DNA from: an uncultured Actinomycetes bacterium
GTDB lineage: Bacteria; Actinomycetota; Thermoleophilia; Gaiellales; JALYLC01
Assembly (NCBI GenBank): GCA_963713435.1
Contig: CAVQLU010000003.1
Location: forward strand, 524 to 64,523
Direction: 5' to 3'
Length of the DNA: 64,000 bases
Shown: positions 33,114-43,430 of the stretch, in pieces
Position numbering within the stretch: the first letter of the stretch is position 1
How the letters are laid out: each line of letters opens with the position of its first letter
Program-made: the position numbers and the translations under genes
The notes under the pieces: model-generated
What the model saw: the letters and a program-made list of their open reading frames with translations, nothing else
Databases searched by the model: none
Told to the model about the DNA's origin: nothing

Positions 33114-34171
33114 CCGGCCGTAGTCGCTGCCGTCGAGGCCGTGCTCGTCGTCTTGGGAGGCGCGTAGCCGGCCGCGTAGATCACGTTCTTCTCGAGCTTC
33201 TTCTGGAAGGCCGAGAACCACTTGTTGGCGACGGTCTGCTTCTTCTGCGTCAGCAGCGTGGCGCGGATCGTCTTCTTGAGCGCCGCGTTGAGCGGCTGCT
33301 GGGTGGCCGGGACGGTGTTGCCCGTGGCCTCGATCACGTGCCAGCCGTAGGAGCTCTTGACCGGCGGGGCGACCTGGCCGGTCTTGATGCTGAAGGCGAC
33401 CTTGTCGAAGACGGGGACGGTCTGACCCTTCGTGATGACTCCGAGCTTGCCGCCGCTCGACTTCGAGCCCGGGTCGATCGTGTACTTCTTCGCCAGCGCG
33501 GCGAACTGCGCGTCGCTGGAGGAGAGCTGGGCGTAGATCTTGTCGGCGGTGGCCTTGTCCTTGACCAGGATGTGGCGGACCTGCCGGGTGGCGGGCGTGG
33601 AGTACTGCGCCTTGTTCTTGGCGTAGTAGGTGGCCACGTCCTGGTTGTTGACCGCGACGCTCTTGGTCAGCTTCACGTAGATGGCCTGCTTCAGGAGCCC
33701 GTCGCGCAGGCCCTCGACGACCAGCGCCTCGCTCGTGTGGTTGTCCGCGAGGACCTTCTTCCACTTGGCGGCGTCGACCTTGCCGTTGGCGCCCTTCGCG
33801 TACTGCAGCTCGAGCTTCTGCAGGTTCTTCGTCACATCCGCCGGCTTCACCACGACCTTGAGCTGCTTGCCGGCCTCGGCGAACTCGGCCTGCTGCACGA
33901 GGGTGACCACGACGCTCTGCTGCAGCTGCTTGCGCGCCGCCGTGCCCGGCTTGGGGCAGGCCTTCTTGGCGGCCTTGTACTGCTCGCAGAGGGTCGCCAT
34001 GCGCGTATCGAGGCTGGACTTCGCAACGGTCTCCGAGCCGACCACGGCAATGGCGGTGGACGGGACCTTGTCGGAGGAGCCGGAGCTACCGCCGCACGCA
34101 CTGACGAGCAGTGCGGTGGAGCAGATCGTGAGGCCGACGAGCGGCACGCGGAGACGGACGGGCAGATGCAT
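33110..34171 (-). CDS. prsA: Parvulin-type PPIase/foldase lipoprotein (paralog 1)
   Basis: Lipobox VSAC; RHILV, GGKLG, PVKSSYGWHVI. Confidence 0.88.
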   Translation of the reverse strand: MHLPVRLRVPLVGLTICSTALLVSACGGSSGSSDKVPSTAIAVVGSETVAKSSLDTRMATLCEQYKAAKKACPKPGTAARKQLQQSVVVTLVQQAEFAEAGKQLKVVVKPADVTKNLQKLELQYAKGANGKVDAAKWKKVLADNHTSEALVVEGLRDGLLKQAIYVKLTKSVAVNNQDVATYYAKNKAQYSTPATRQVRHILVKDKATADKIYAQLSSSDAQFAALAKKYTIDPGSKSSGGKLGVITKGQTVPVFDKVAFSIKTGQVAPPVKSSYGWHVIEATGNTVPATQQPLNAALKKTIRATLLTQKKQTVANKWFSAFQKKLEKNVIYAAGYAPPKTTSTASTAATTAG

Positions 34172-34341
34172 GGGACAGCCTTGTGAGAAGTCGCTTGGGC
34201 TCAGGGAGCGGGAGGGCTTGCGTACTCCCTCATTCGGGTGAGCCACCGCGACTCATCTATAGCAGCAGCGGGACCCTCCAAACGCAGCATCGCTGCGCTT
34301 GTGCGCTGCCGCAAGACCTGCGCGGGCCGCTTCACCGACGC

Positions 34342-37300
34342 TTAACCCTGCGCTCTACCGCGATTAATGAGGTCACCGAGCGTGTCCACGAGCGCGATCA
34401 CCTGTGCCAGGGGCCGCTCCGGCGCCAGCGGCAGCCCGATCTCGGCCGCCGAGGCGTTGTAGAGCACGCGTCCGTGCTTCTCGCGCAGTTCGCGCAGGTC
34501 GGTCGGCCCGAGCACGACGCGCGCCACCGTGGCGCGCGTCCCGCGTACGGTCAGCGAGTCCGCCCCCAGCAGCGCCAGCTTGACGCGCGCCTCCTGGGCC
34601 AGGATCAGGTTCTCGACGGGCGCAGGCGGCTCGCCGAAGCGGTCGGTGAGCTCGATCTCGATGTCGCGCAGCTCGTCGACCGTCTCGGACAGCGCGATGC
34701 GGCGGTGCACGTCCAGCTTGGCGGCCTCGTAGGCCACGTAGTCGGCCGGAACGTAGGCGTCGAGCGCCAGATCGAGGCGCACGGGCCGCATGAGCGCGCC
34801 CCGGTTGCCGCTCAGCTCGGCCACCGCTTCGGCCAGTAGGTCGCAGTACAGCTCGAATCCCACCGCCGCCACGTGGCCCGACTGCTCGTCGCCGAGCAGG
34901 CTGCCGGCACCGCGCAGCTCGAGATCGCGCAGGGCGACGCGGTAGCCCGAGCCCAGCTCGGTGTAATCGGCCAGCGCCGCGAGGCGCGCCCGCGCCTCCT
35001 CGGAGAGCTCGCTGCCGTCGGGATACATGAGATAGGCGTGCGCGGCGTTCTCGCCACGGCCCACGCGGCCGCGGATCTGGTACAGCTGAGCCAGCCCGAG
35101 CACGTCGGCGCGCTCGATGATGAGCGTGTTGACCTGCGGGATGTCGAGCCCGCTCTCGATGATCGTGGTCGCCACCAGCACGTCGAGGTCGCCGCGCAGG
35201 AACTCGACCATGGCCTGCTCGAGCGCGCGGTCGTCCATCTGGCCGTGCCCGACGCCGATGCGCGCCTCCGGCACGAGCCGGCGCAGCTTCTCGGCCGCCT
35301 CGTAGATCGTCTCGACGCGGTTGTGCAGGTAGAAGACCTGCCCGTCGCGCGCCAGCTCGCGGCGCAGCGCCGCGGCCACCAGCGCCTCGTCGTACTCGGC
35401 CACGTGCGTGCGAATCGGCTGGCGCCCGCGCGGAGGGGTGGCGATGACCGAGATGTCGCGCAAGCCCGCCAGCGACATGTGCAGCGTGCGCGGAATGGGC
35501 GTGGCCGACATCGAGAGGGCGTCGACCTCGAGCCGTAGCTGTCGCAGCAGCTCCTTCTGCCGGACGCCGAAGCGCTGCTCCTCGTCCACGACGATCAGGC
35601 CGAGCTGCTTCGGGATGACATCGCGCGAGAGCAGCCTGTGCGTGCCGATCAGAACCTCGATCTTGCCCTCGTTGAAGGAGCGCAGGGCCTGCTTGACCTC
35701 GGAGGCGTCGCGCATCCGCGAAACCGCCTCGACGCGCACCGGGAAGTCGCGAAAGCGATCGCGGAACGTCTGCAGGTGCTGCTGCACGAGCAGCGTGGTG
35801 GGCGCCAGCACGAGCACCTGACGCCCCGAGATCGCGACCAGGAAGGCGGCCCGCATGGCGACCTCCGTCTTGCCGAAGCCGACGTCGCCGCAGATCAGCC
35901 GGTCCATCGGCTGCTCGCCGGTGAGATCCTCGAGCACCTCGTCGATGGCGCGGCCCTGATCCTCGGTCTCCGTGTACGCGAAGGCGCGCTCCAGGCGCTC
36001 GAGCCAGCCCTCCTCGTCGGCGTAGGGCTCGCGCGTGCGCGTCTGGCGCACGGCGTAGAGCCGCAGCAGCTCTCCCGCCAGCTCGTGCACGGCGGCGCGG
36101 GCACGCGAGCGCAGCGTGTGCCAGGCCTTGCCCCCGAGCTTCGAGAGGGCGGGCGCCCGGCCGTCGGCGCCGATGTAGCGCGAGAGCTTGGCCAGCTGGT
36201 CGTGCGGGACGAAGAGCCTGTCCTCGCCCTTGAATTGCAGATTGACGTAGTCGCGCGTGACGCCGCCGACCGTCTTGGTGTCGAAGCCGAGGAAGCGGCC
36301 GACGCCGTGCTCGACGTGCACGACGTGGTCACCAGGGCGCAGATCGGCGGCGCTCGAGAGCGCGCGCCCGAGGCGCCCGGCGACCGTGGCGCCCGCCGCC
36401 CGGCGCCGGAACAGCTGCTGCGCCGAGACCACGGCCAGGCGCGCCTTCGGCCACACCACCCCGCGCCTCAGCGGCGAGACCGCGAAGCTCACTCCCGCCC
36501 CCTCCGGCAGCGGCTGCCCCGGGGCGAGCAGCGTCGCCTCGACCCGTCGCAGGGCGAGCTGTGTGCGCTCGGCATCGCCCCGGTGCGGGAAGGCCACGAT
36601 CACGCGCAGACCGGTGCGCACGAGCCCGAGCAGCTCGGCCTCGGCCTCGCTGATGCCGCGGCCCGCCAGCGCGGGCCGCTGCGCCTCGAAGCCTGCGTCG
36701 CCCTGCAGGGGATCGAGCGCGCTCACGCCCTCGAGCAACTCCACCACCGACGACTCGCTCACGTAGGCGCGTTCGCGCGCAGAGCGCGAGTGGCTCGCCG
36801 CGGCCTCCGTCAGGCGGTCGCGCGCCGCCTCCAGCACGCGCTCGGGCTGCCAGGCGCAGAGCACGCCGTGGGCGATCAGCTCGGGCGCCAGGGAGACGAG
36901 GTCGTTCGGGACGGGGACGTCTTCGGAATGCGTCCACTCCTCGACGTCCGCGGCCGCGCGGCGCGCCTCGCGCGCGGGCTGCAGATCGCTCCGCTCGAGC
37001 TCGGCGAGCGAGCGCTGCGTGAACACCGAGAAGCGCGAGATGCGCTCGACTTCATCGCCGAACAACTCGATGCGGACGGGCTCCGCGCCGGTCGTCGGGA
37101 AGACGTCGAGGATGTCGCCGCGGACGGCCAGCTCACCGCGATCGCCCACCCGCTCGACACGCGTATAGCCCGCTCCGACGAGAGCGGCGACCGCCTCGTC
37201 ACGCGGCAGGTCTCCCCCGCGCTCGACGTGCAGGGCGCCCGAGCGGCGGTCGGGGGGCGGCACGCGCTCCACCAGCGCAGCGGCCGAGATGGCCACGAGT

Positions 37301-37680
37301 CCACCCGCTCGCAGCAGGCCGAGCCCGCGGGCGCGCTCGCCGACGAGGTGCGGCGCCGGCTCGAGCCCGGAGCCATACGGCACGCCGCGCGAGGGGATGA
37401 AACCGACCTCGGCCGCCGGCGCGTACCAGGCCGCCTCGTCGGCCACCTCGCGCGCGGCTTCGTCGTCGTCGCAGAGCACCGCCAGGCCGCTTCGCGTCTC
37501 GCCCCGGCGCCGCAGCCAGAGCGCGGCCAGGAGCGGCGCGAGCGCCGCCTCGGGGCAGCGCGCACGGGCGGGAAGCGCCGAATCGAGCGCGCCTGCGAAT
37601 TGCGCGACGGCCGCCTGTGCGGCGACCTCATCCGTCACGGATGCGAGGTCGGCGAGCCTGAGATCGAGGGTTCGTTCCAT
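34342..37680 (-). CDS. mfd: Transcription-repair coupling factor
   Basis: RGDILDVFP, VVHVEHGVGRF, DRLICGDVGFGKTEVA, DEEQRFG, SATPIPRTL, QIRGRVGR. Confidence 0.97.
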   Translation of the reverse strand: MERTLDLRLADLASVTDEVAAQAAVAQFAGALDSALPARARCPEAALAPLLAALWLRRRGETRSGLAVLCDDDEAAREVADEAAWYAPAAEVGFIPSRGVPYGSGLEPAPHLVGERARGLGLLRAGGLVAISAAALVERVPPPDRRSGALHVERGGDLPRDEAVAALVGAGYTRVERVGDRGELAVRGDILDVFPTTGAEPVRIELFGDEVERISRFSVFTQRSLAELERSDLQPAREARRAAADVEEWTHSEDVPVPNDLVSLAPELIAHGVLCAWQPERVLEAARDRLTEAAASHSRSARERAYVSESSVVELLEGVSALDPLQGDAGFEAQRPALAGRGISEAEAELLGLVRTGLRVIVAFPHRGDAERTQLALRRVEATLLAPGQPLPEGAGVSFAVSPLRRGVVWPKARLAVVSAQQLFRRRAAGATVAGRLGRALSSAADLRPGDHVVHVEHGVGRFLGFDTKTVGGVTRDYVNLQFKGEDRLFVPHDQLAKLSRYIGADGRAPALSKLGGKAWHTLRSRARAAVHELAGELLRLYAVRQTRTREPYADEEGWLERLERAFAYTETEDQGRAIDEVLEDLTGEQPMDRLICGDVGFGKTEVAMRAAFLVAISGRQVLVLAPTTLLVQQHLQTFRDRFRDFPVRVEAVSRMRDASEVKQALRSFNEGKIEVLIGTHRLLSRDVIPKQLGLIVVDEEQRFGVRQKELLRQLRLEVDALSMSATPIPRTLHMSLAGLRDISVIATPPRGRQPIRTHVAEYDEALVAAALRRELARDGQVFYLHNRVETIYEAAEKLRRLVPEARIGVGHGQMDDRALEQAMVEFLRGDLDVLVATTIIESGLDIPQVNTLIIERADVLGLAQLYQIRGRVGRGENAAHAYLMYPDGSELSEEARARLAALADYTELGSGYRVALRDLELRGAGSLLGDEQSGHVAAVGFELYCDLLAEAVAELSGNRGALMRPVRLDLALDAYVPADYVAYEAAKLDVHRRIALSETVDELRDIEIELTDRFGEPPAPVENLILAQEARVKLALLGADSLTVRGTRATVARVVLGPTDLRELREKHGRVLYNASAAEIGLPLAPERPLAQVIALVDTLGDLINRGRAQG

Positions 37681-37739
37681 AGCGTGGTCCACAACTCCGG
37701 CCGGCACGGGGCCGGCGGCTGCAGGATAGCCTCCGCCCC

Positions 37740-39062
37740 GTGACAGACACCCTTTTCGACGAGCTCTGCGACTGGCTGCGGATCCCCTCCATCTCCTCGG
37801 GCGGGGGCAACCCGGCCGACCTCCTGCGCGCCGCCGAGTGGGCCTGCGAGCGCATCACCGCCGCGGGCGGCAGCGCCGAGGTCGTCTCGGGCTACGGTAA
37901 CCCGCTCTGCCTGGGCGAGTTGCGTTCGCGCCGGGCCGACGCGCCCACCGTGCTGATCTACGGCCACTACGACGTGCAGTCGCCCGATCCGCGCGACCTC
38001 TGGACGAGTGACCCCTTCGATCCCGTGGTGCGCGACGGCCGGCTGTATGCGCGCGGGGCGAGCGACGACAAGGGCAACTTCCTGCCCCTTCTGCACGTGG
38101 CCTGTGAGCTCGCGCGCGCGGGCGAGCTCCCGGTGCACGTGCGCGTCGTGCTGGAAGGCGAGGAAGAGGTCGGAGGCATGAACGTGCTGCGCTTCGTCGC
38201 GGAGGACGAGCGCGGCGCCGACTGCGCGATCGTCTTCGACGGAGGCATGATCGATGAGGACAACCCGGCGCTGCACGTCGCGGTGCGCGGCGCGATCATG
38301 GCCCATCTGCGCGTGCGCACGGCCGAGCGCGACCTGCACTCCGGGGTCTACGGCGGCGTCGCGCTGAACGCCGCCAACGTGCTCACGCAGATGCTCGCCC
38401 AGGTCACCGCCGGCCCCGACGGCAGGCTGCGCTCCGAGCTGCGGGCCGGGCTGGCCGTGCCGAGCGCCGCCGAGACGGCCTCCTGGGCCGGGCTCCCCGC
38501 CGGAGCGGGCGTGCTGGCCGAGGCGGGCGCCACGGAGATCGCTCCCGGCGCCGCCGCGGAGCTGTACGCGCGCACCTGGGCGGACACGAGCCTCGACATC
38601 AACGGCATCGAGAGCGGCGATGCGGTGCAGCGGCGCACGATCATCCCCTGCACCGCCAGCGCGCGCCTGAGCGTGCGCGTGGCCCTCGGCCAGGACGGCC
38701 AGGCGATCACGGCCGCGCTTGAACGCCTGCTGCGCGAGGCCGCGCCGCCCGGCGCGCAGATCGAGCTGGAGGTCGAGCCCGGCGAGGCGGCCGGCTTCGA
38801 CGCGGCCGATCCAGTGCTCGCGCTGGCCCGCGGTGCGCTCAAGCGTGCGACCGGTAACGATCCGCTGTTCGTGCGCAGCGGCGGCTCCATCCCGATTCTG
38901 GGAGCGCTCGCCGATCGCGGCATCCCGACGGTGCTCTCGGGCTTCGCGCTCGACGCGGACGGCATCCACGGGCCCGACGAGAGCTACCGGCTCGAGAGTC
39001 TCGTGCTCGGCGAGCGCGCGGCGCGCGAGCTCTACGCCGCGCTCGCCACGCTCGCGTCCTGA
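37740..39062 (+). CDS. M20 family metallopeptidase (dipeptidase)
   Basis: YGHYDVQ, ARGASDDKG, EGEEE, DLHSG, GGSIP, IHGPDE. Confidence 0.92.
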   Translation: MTDTLFDELCDWLRIPSISSGGGNPADLLRAAEWACERITAAGGSAEVVSGYGNPLCLGELRSRRADAPTVLIYGHYDVQSPDPRDLWTSDPFDPVVRDGRLYARGASDDKGNFLPLLHVACELARAGELPVHVRVVLEGEEEVGGMNVLRFVAEDERGADCAIVFDGGMIDEDNPALHVAVRGAIMAHLRVRTAERDLHSGVYGGVALNAANVLTQMLAQVTAGPDGRLRSELRAGLAVPSAAETASWAGLPAGAGVLAEAGATEIAPGAAAELYARTWADTSLDINGIESGDAVQRRTIIPCTASARLSVRVALGQDGQAITAALERLLREAAPPGAQIELEVEPGEAAGFDAADPVLALARGALKRATGNDPLFVRSGGSIPILGALADRGIPTVLSGFALDADGIHGPDESYRLESLVLGERAARELYAALATLAS

Positions 39063-39072
39063 GGAGGACGAC

Positions 39073-39636
39073 TCACGGATAGGCGGCGATCGCCGCCTCG
39101 ATGCCCTCGCGCGCGATCAGCTCGACGCAGTCGGCGGCCGTGCCCACCATGGGCGCCGGATCCTCATCGGGCTCGAACGGCGAGAGCACCCAGTCGGCGA
39201 GATCGCGGCGATCCCCCGCGCGCTGGCGGCCGATGCCGCAGCGCACGCGGCCGAAATCGCGGGTGCCGAGCCGCTCTGCCACGGAGCGCAGGCCGTTGTG
39301 GCCGCCCAGGCCGCCACCCAACTTCGCACGTACCTGGCCGAAGCGCGCCTCGACGTCGTCGTGCACGCAGACGACCTGGTCGGCGCCGAGGCCGTAGCTG
39401 CGCACCGCCTTCTGCACCGGCCCGCCCGAGAGATTCATGAAGCCCAGCGGGCGCAGCAGCGCAACGGTCGTACCGTCCTCGAGGCGCACCTCGCTGAGCG
39501 CCCCGCCGAACTTCTCACGCTCGGCGGGCGCGTGCCAGCGCGCGGCCAGCTCGGCTGCGACGAGGTAGCCGAGGTTGTGACGCGTATCGGCGTAGCGGGT
39601 GCCCGGATTGCCGAGCCCCGCGACGAGCAGGTCCAC
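39073..39636 (-). CDS. pth: Peptidyl-tRNA hydrolase
   Basis: GLGNPG..TRHNLG, FMNLSG, VHDD, GGHNGLRS. Confidence 0.96.
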   Translation of the reverse strand: MDLLVAGLGNPGTRYADTRHNLGYLVAAELAARWHAPAEREKFGGALSEVRLEDGTTVALLRPLGFMNLSGGPVQKAVRSYGLGADQVVCVHDDVEARFGQVRAKLGGGLGGHNGLRSVAERLGTRDFGRVRCGIGRQRAGDRRDLADWVLSPFEPDEDPAPMVGTAADCVELIAREGIEAAIAAYP

Positions 39637-39671
39637 GGGGGTATGCCGCTTGCGGAACCGGAAGAAGGCGG

Positions 39672-40373
39672 CTACTCCGCGTCCGAAGCCGCGCCGCCCT
39701 CGCCCTCGGCATCGCCTTCGCCGGCGGTCTCGCGTGCCTCCGCGGCCTCTGCTGCCTCGGCTGCCTCGGCCTCCGCGGCCTCTTCCTCGGCCGTCGGGCC
39801 CTTGGGCTGCGCGACGCTTGCGAGCATGGTGTCGGGATCGCCGAGGTAGGTGATCCCGGCGCGCTCCGGCAGGTCGCTGATCTTGATCGAGTCGCCGATG
39901 CCGAGCGACGTGATGTCGAGCTCGACGTGCTCGGGCAGGTCGCCCGGCAGGGCCTCGATCTGAATCTCGTGCGCGTTCTGCGCGAGGATGCCGCCGAACG
40001 TCTTGACGCCCTCGGCCTCGCCGACCAGGACGATCGAGACCGTGGCCTGGATCGTCCGGTCCATGCGCACCTCGAGCAGGTCGAAGTGCTGCAACGTGTC
40101 GCGCAGCGGGTGCAGCTGCATGTCCTTGATGATCGCGTGCACCGGCGTGGCGGCGCCCGGGACCTTGACCTCGATGATGGAGTGGCGGCCGCCGGCCTCG
40201 CTCAGCGTCTCGCGCAGATGACGGCTCTCGACGGCGAACGGAAGCGCCTCGCGCCCGTTGCCGTAGAGGACGCCCGGGATCTTGCCCGTGCGGCGTACCG
40301 CGCGCGCACTCGACGTGCCACCGATCTCGCGTGTCTCGATCTCGAGCATGACTGCCTTCTCGCGTTTGTTCAC
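39672..40373 (-). CDS. rplY: 50S ribosomal protein bL25/Ctc
   Basis: RRTGKIPGVLYG, QLHPL..HFDL, acidic C-terminal tail. Confidence 0.95.
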   Translation of the reverse strand: MNKREKAVMLEIETREIGGTSSARAVRRTGKIPGVLYGNGREALPFAVESRHLRETLSEAGGRHSIIEVKVPGAATPVHAIIKDMQLHPLRDTLQHFDLLEVRMDRTIQATVSIVLVGEAEGVKTFGGILAQNAHEIQIEALPGDLPEHVELDITSLGIGDSIKISDLPERAGITYLGDPDTMLASVAQPKGPTAEEEAAEAEAAEAAEAAEARETAGEGDAEGEGGAASDAE

Positions 40374-40391
40374 GGGGCGGCGCCGCCGTCC

Positions 40392-41450
40392 CTAGAAAAG
40401 CTGGTTCTCGCCCTTGAAGATCGCCGACACCGAGTCATCGGTGAAGACGTTGTGAATGGTCTCGGCGAGGATCCGCGCCACCGAGAGCACCCGCACCTTG
40501 TCGGGCTTCGTGGTCGGATCGACGGGAATGGTATCGCAGACCACGACTTGCTCGAGCACCGAGTCCTGCAGGCGCTGCAGCGCGGGCTCCGAGAACACGG
40601 GGTGCGTCGCACACGCGTAGATGCAGCGCGCACCCGCCTGATGGATGGCCTCGGCACCCGCGACGAGCGTCCCGGCGGTGTCGATCATGTCGTCCGAGAT
40701 CACACAGGTCTTGCCCTTGACGTCGCCGATCACGTTGGTGACCTGCGCGCGGCTGTGCGCCGGGCGCTCCTTGGTCAGCACCGCCAGCTCGCCGCCGAGC
40801 ATCTCCGCGAACTTCTTGGCCAGCTTGACGCGGCCGGTGTCGGGCGAGATGACGACGATCTCGTCCTTCGGCAGGCCGAGATCGAGGAAGTACTGCTGGA
40901 ACATCGGCAGCGCCGTCATGTGGTCGACCGGCACGCGGAAGAAGCCCTGCACCTGTCCTGCGTGCAGATCCATCGTCAGCACGCGGTCGACGCCGGCCGT
41001 CTCGAGCATGTCGGCCATGAGACGCGCCGTGATCGGCTCGCGCGGCGCGGACTTCTTGTCCTGGCGCGCGTAGGGGAACCACGGCACGACCGCCGTGATG
41101 CGCTTGGCCGAGGCCAGGCGCGCCGCGTTGATCATGATCAGCAGCTCGACGAAGTGATCGTTGGCCGGGCGCGAGCCCGACTGGATCAGGAAGACGTCCG
41201 AGCCGCGCACCGACTCGTTGAGGCGGACGTACGTCTCGGTGTTCGGGAACGTCTTGAGCGTGGACTCGCCGAGCGCGACGCCGAGCTCGTCGGCGATGCG
41301 CTCGGCCAGATCGAGGCTCGAGCGCCCGGCGAAGAGCATCATCCGCCGGAAGGACGTGCCGTCGCGCGAGCTCGAGCGCGGCGCGTCGTCGGTGCCGTTG
41401 TTGCGCTCGGGAAGGAACTCGCCGGCGCCGAACAGAGGATCGGGCGTCAC
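40392..41450 (-). CDS. prs: Ribose-phosphate pyrophosphokinase
   Basis: FPYARQDKK, MDLHAGQVQGFF, SPDTG, DDMIDTAGTL. Confidence 0.97.
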   Translation of the reverse strand: MTPDPLFGAGEFLPERNNGTDDAPRSSSRDGTSFRRMMLFAGRSSLDLAERIADELGVALGESTLKTFPNTETYVRLNESVRGSDVFLIQSGSRPANDHFVELLIMINAARLASAKRITAVVPWFPYARQDKKSAPREPITARLMADMLETAGVDRVLTMDLHAGQVQGFFRVPVDHMTALPMFQQYFLDLGLPKDEIVVISPDTGRVKLAKKFAEMLGGELAVLTKERPAHSRAQVTNVIGDVKGKTCVISDDMIDTAGTLVAGAEAIHQAGARCIYACATHPVFSEPALQRLQDSVLEQVVVCDTIPVDPTTKPDKVRVLSVARILAETIHNVFTDDSVSAIFKGENQLF

Positions 41451-42781
41451 TGCTCCTGCTCCTTCCGGCGCGCCTCGACGCGCTGGGCATATCCGGGCTT
41501 GGTCGTCTGGCGCGGGCGCGCGATCGCCAGTGCGCCCGGCTCGACATCCTCGGTGATCACGCTGCCGGCCGCAACGAAGGCGCCGTCGCCGACCATGACC
41601 GGCGCGACCAGCGTGGAATGCACCATCGTGCTGACGCCCTCGCCGATCGTCGTGCGGTGCTTGTTGCGCCCGTCGTAGTTGGCGGTGATCGTGCTGGCGC
41701 CCAGGTTGCTGCCGGCACCGACGTCGGCATCACCGACATAGCTCAGGTGCGGCACCTTGGCGCCCTCCCCGAGGGAGGTGTTCTTGAGCTCGACGAAGCG
41801 CCCCACCTGGGCGCCGTCCCCCAGCGTGCAGCCGGGGCGCAGATAGGCGAACGGCCCGACGCGGCACCTCTCGCCCACCGCTCCGTCATCGATCATGGCG
41901 TTCGGGCCGATCACGCTCCCGGCTCCCACGGAGGTGGCGCCGCGCAACATGACGTTGGGCTCCAGGCGGCAACCGGGCTCGAGCCGGACGTCGCCGTCCA
42001 CATACGCGGTGGCGGGATCGACGATGCGCACGCCGGCCAGCATGTGCGCGTGCAGGATGCGCCGCCGCAGCGCCGCCTCTCGCTCTGCCAGCTCGGCCAG
42101 CGTGTTGACGCCCTCGGCGGTCTCCGGCGCCGGCTCGTCGACGGCCACGGCCGCTGCGCCATCCTCTGCCAGCAGCCCGATCACGTCGGTCAGGTAGAGC
42201 TCGCCCTGGGCGTTCTGCGCGGTCAGGCGCGGCAGCGCCGCGGCCAGCGCCTCGCGCCGGAAGCAGTAGAGCCCGACGTTGAACTCGTCCAGCGCCAGCT
42301 CCTCGGGCGTGGCATCGCGGGCCTCGACGATGCGCGCCACGCGCGCGCCGTCCCGCACGATGCGGCCGTAGGCGTGCGGGGGCGCCAGCCGGGCACTCAC
42401 GAGCGCGCCGCCGGCGTCTCCCGTGCAGGCCGCGATTGCGCGCTGCACCGTCGCGGGCTCGATCAGCGGCGTGTCGCCGGACAGCACGACCACGAGCTCG
42501 CTCGTCGCCGGCACCGCCTCCATTCCCACCATCACGGCGTGGCCCGTTCCGTTGGCCGGCGACTGCACGACCACGCGGACGTCCGGCAGCGCTGCGGCGA
42601 TGGGCTCGGCCGTCTCCGGCCCGGCCACGACGATCACGTCGCCGGCGCCCGCCTCGCGCGCCGCGCGGGCGACCCAGGCCAGCATCGGCAGCCCGCACAG
42701 CTCGTGCAGGACCTTCGGCAGCGGCGAGCGCATCCGGGTGCCCATCCCGCCGGCCATGATGATCGTGGAAATCGCAGCCAT
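41447..42781 (-). CDS. glmU: Bifunctional UDP-GlcNAc pyrophosphorylase/GlcN-1-P acetyltransferase
   Basis: AGGMGTRMRS..PKVLH, GTGHAV, NAQGELYLTD, GPFAYLRPG, HLSYVGDA. Confidence 0.96.
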   Translation of the reverse strand: MAAISTIIMAGGMGTRMRSPLPKVLHELCGLPMLAWVARAAREAGAGDVIVVAGPETAEPIAAALPDVRVVVQSPANGTGHAVMVGMEAVPATSELVVVLSGDTPLIEPATVQRAIAACTGDAGGALVSARLAPPHAYGRIVRDGARVARIVEARDATPEELALDEFNVGLYCFRREALAAALPRLTAQNAQGELYLTDVIGLLAEDGAAAVAVDEPAPETAEGVNTLAELAEREAALRRRILHAHMLAGVRIVDPATAYVDGDVRLEPGCRLEPNVMLRGATSVGAGSVIGPNAMIDDGAVGERCRVGPFAYLRPGCTLGDGAQVGRFVELKNTSLGEGAKVPHLSYVGDADVGAGSNLGASTITANYDGRNKHRTTIGEGVSTMVHSTLVAPVMVGDGAFVAAGSVITEDVEPGALAIARPRQTTKPGYAQRVEARRKEQEQ

Positions 42782-43058
42782 CGGCGCGGCCCCCGTGGGA
42801 GCGCGCGGTCAGTCTAACGGGCATCCTGCGCCGTGACGACTGCATACGCTCAACCGGGGAGAGGCACCGTCCCTCCCCGGCTTCGCGTGGTCGGTATCGA
42901 CGTCTTCGGCGAGGCGCCGGCGCCGGCCCGCGGCAACGTGGAAGCCGCCGGTCTCGCCGGCCGGGTCGAGCTCGAAGGCGCGCGGGAGGCCGAGCGCACC
43001 TGGGCGGGGCCCGTCCGCCTGTTCGCGGGCCGCCGCCCCGTCTGAACGAGGATCAAGG

Positions 43059-43129
43059 CTGGGGCGCCAGGATTCGAACCTGGGATCACGGGACCAAAGC
43101 CCGTTGCCTTACCGCTTGGCCACGCCCCA
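43059..43129 (-). tRNA. tRNA-Gln (TTG)
   Basis: TGGGGCG/CGCCCCA acceptor stem, anticodon arm ACGGG-CTTTGGT-CCCGT, T-loop GGTTCGAATCC; full CCA not encoded. Confidence 0.97.
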
Positions 43130-43140
43130 CCGGCCCGCGC

Positions 43141-43146
43141 AGTCTA
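43141..43146 (-). promoter_or_regulatory. -10 hexamer (TAGACT) for tRNA-Gln
   Basis: TANNNT 11 nt upstream of the tRNA 5' end; the same hexamer precedes dinG, glmU and metG. Confidence 0.6.
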
Positions 43147-43430
43147 AGAGCTCGGTTCGGGATGACCGCAGTGCCTGGAGCGGCTGGATCGGCCTGCAGC
43201 CGATCACCAGGGCACCCATACAGCTTGCGAAGCTTCGATCGACTCCGAGAGTGCCCCGGTGATTGACTTCCGTCCGACCCGGGCGCTCGCTCGCTGCGCG
43301 AGGCGGGCCCGGGGCTTCGCAGGAACGCCGGCCGGCTCTTGAAAGGGTTCCAACCGGATCTGCGAGCCGGCCGGCGCCCCTGCTCGCTCCAACCACCCCA
43401 GACCCACACCCTCATCCCGAAACGAGCTCT
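43147..43430. mobile_element. Non-coding structured element with 19-bp terminal inverted repeats (MITE-like or ncRNA)
   Basis: AGAGCTCGGTTCGGGATGA (43147-43165) vs TCATCCCGAAACGAGCTCT (43412-43430), 18/19 complementary; several internal hairpins; no credible ORF. Confidence 0.6.

Noticed and set aside
42833..43045. 70-aa ORF between glmU and tRNA-Gln
   Set aside because: No recognisable motif; cannot be supported as a gene.
43059..43129. tRNA-Gln as integration site of a genomic island
   Set aside because: No integrase and no duplicated tRNA 3' end were seen; flanks are core genes.
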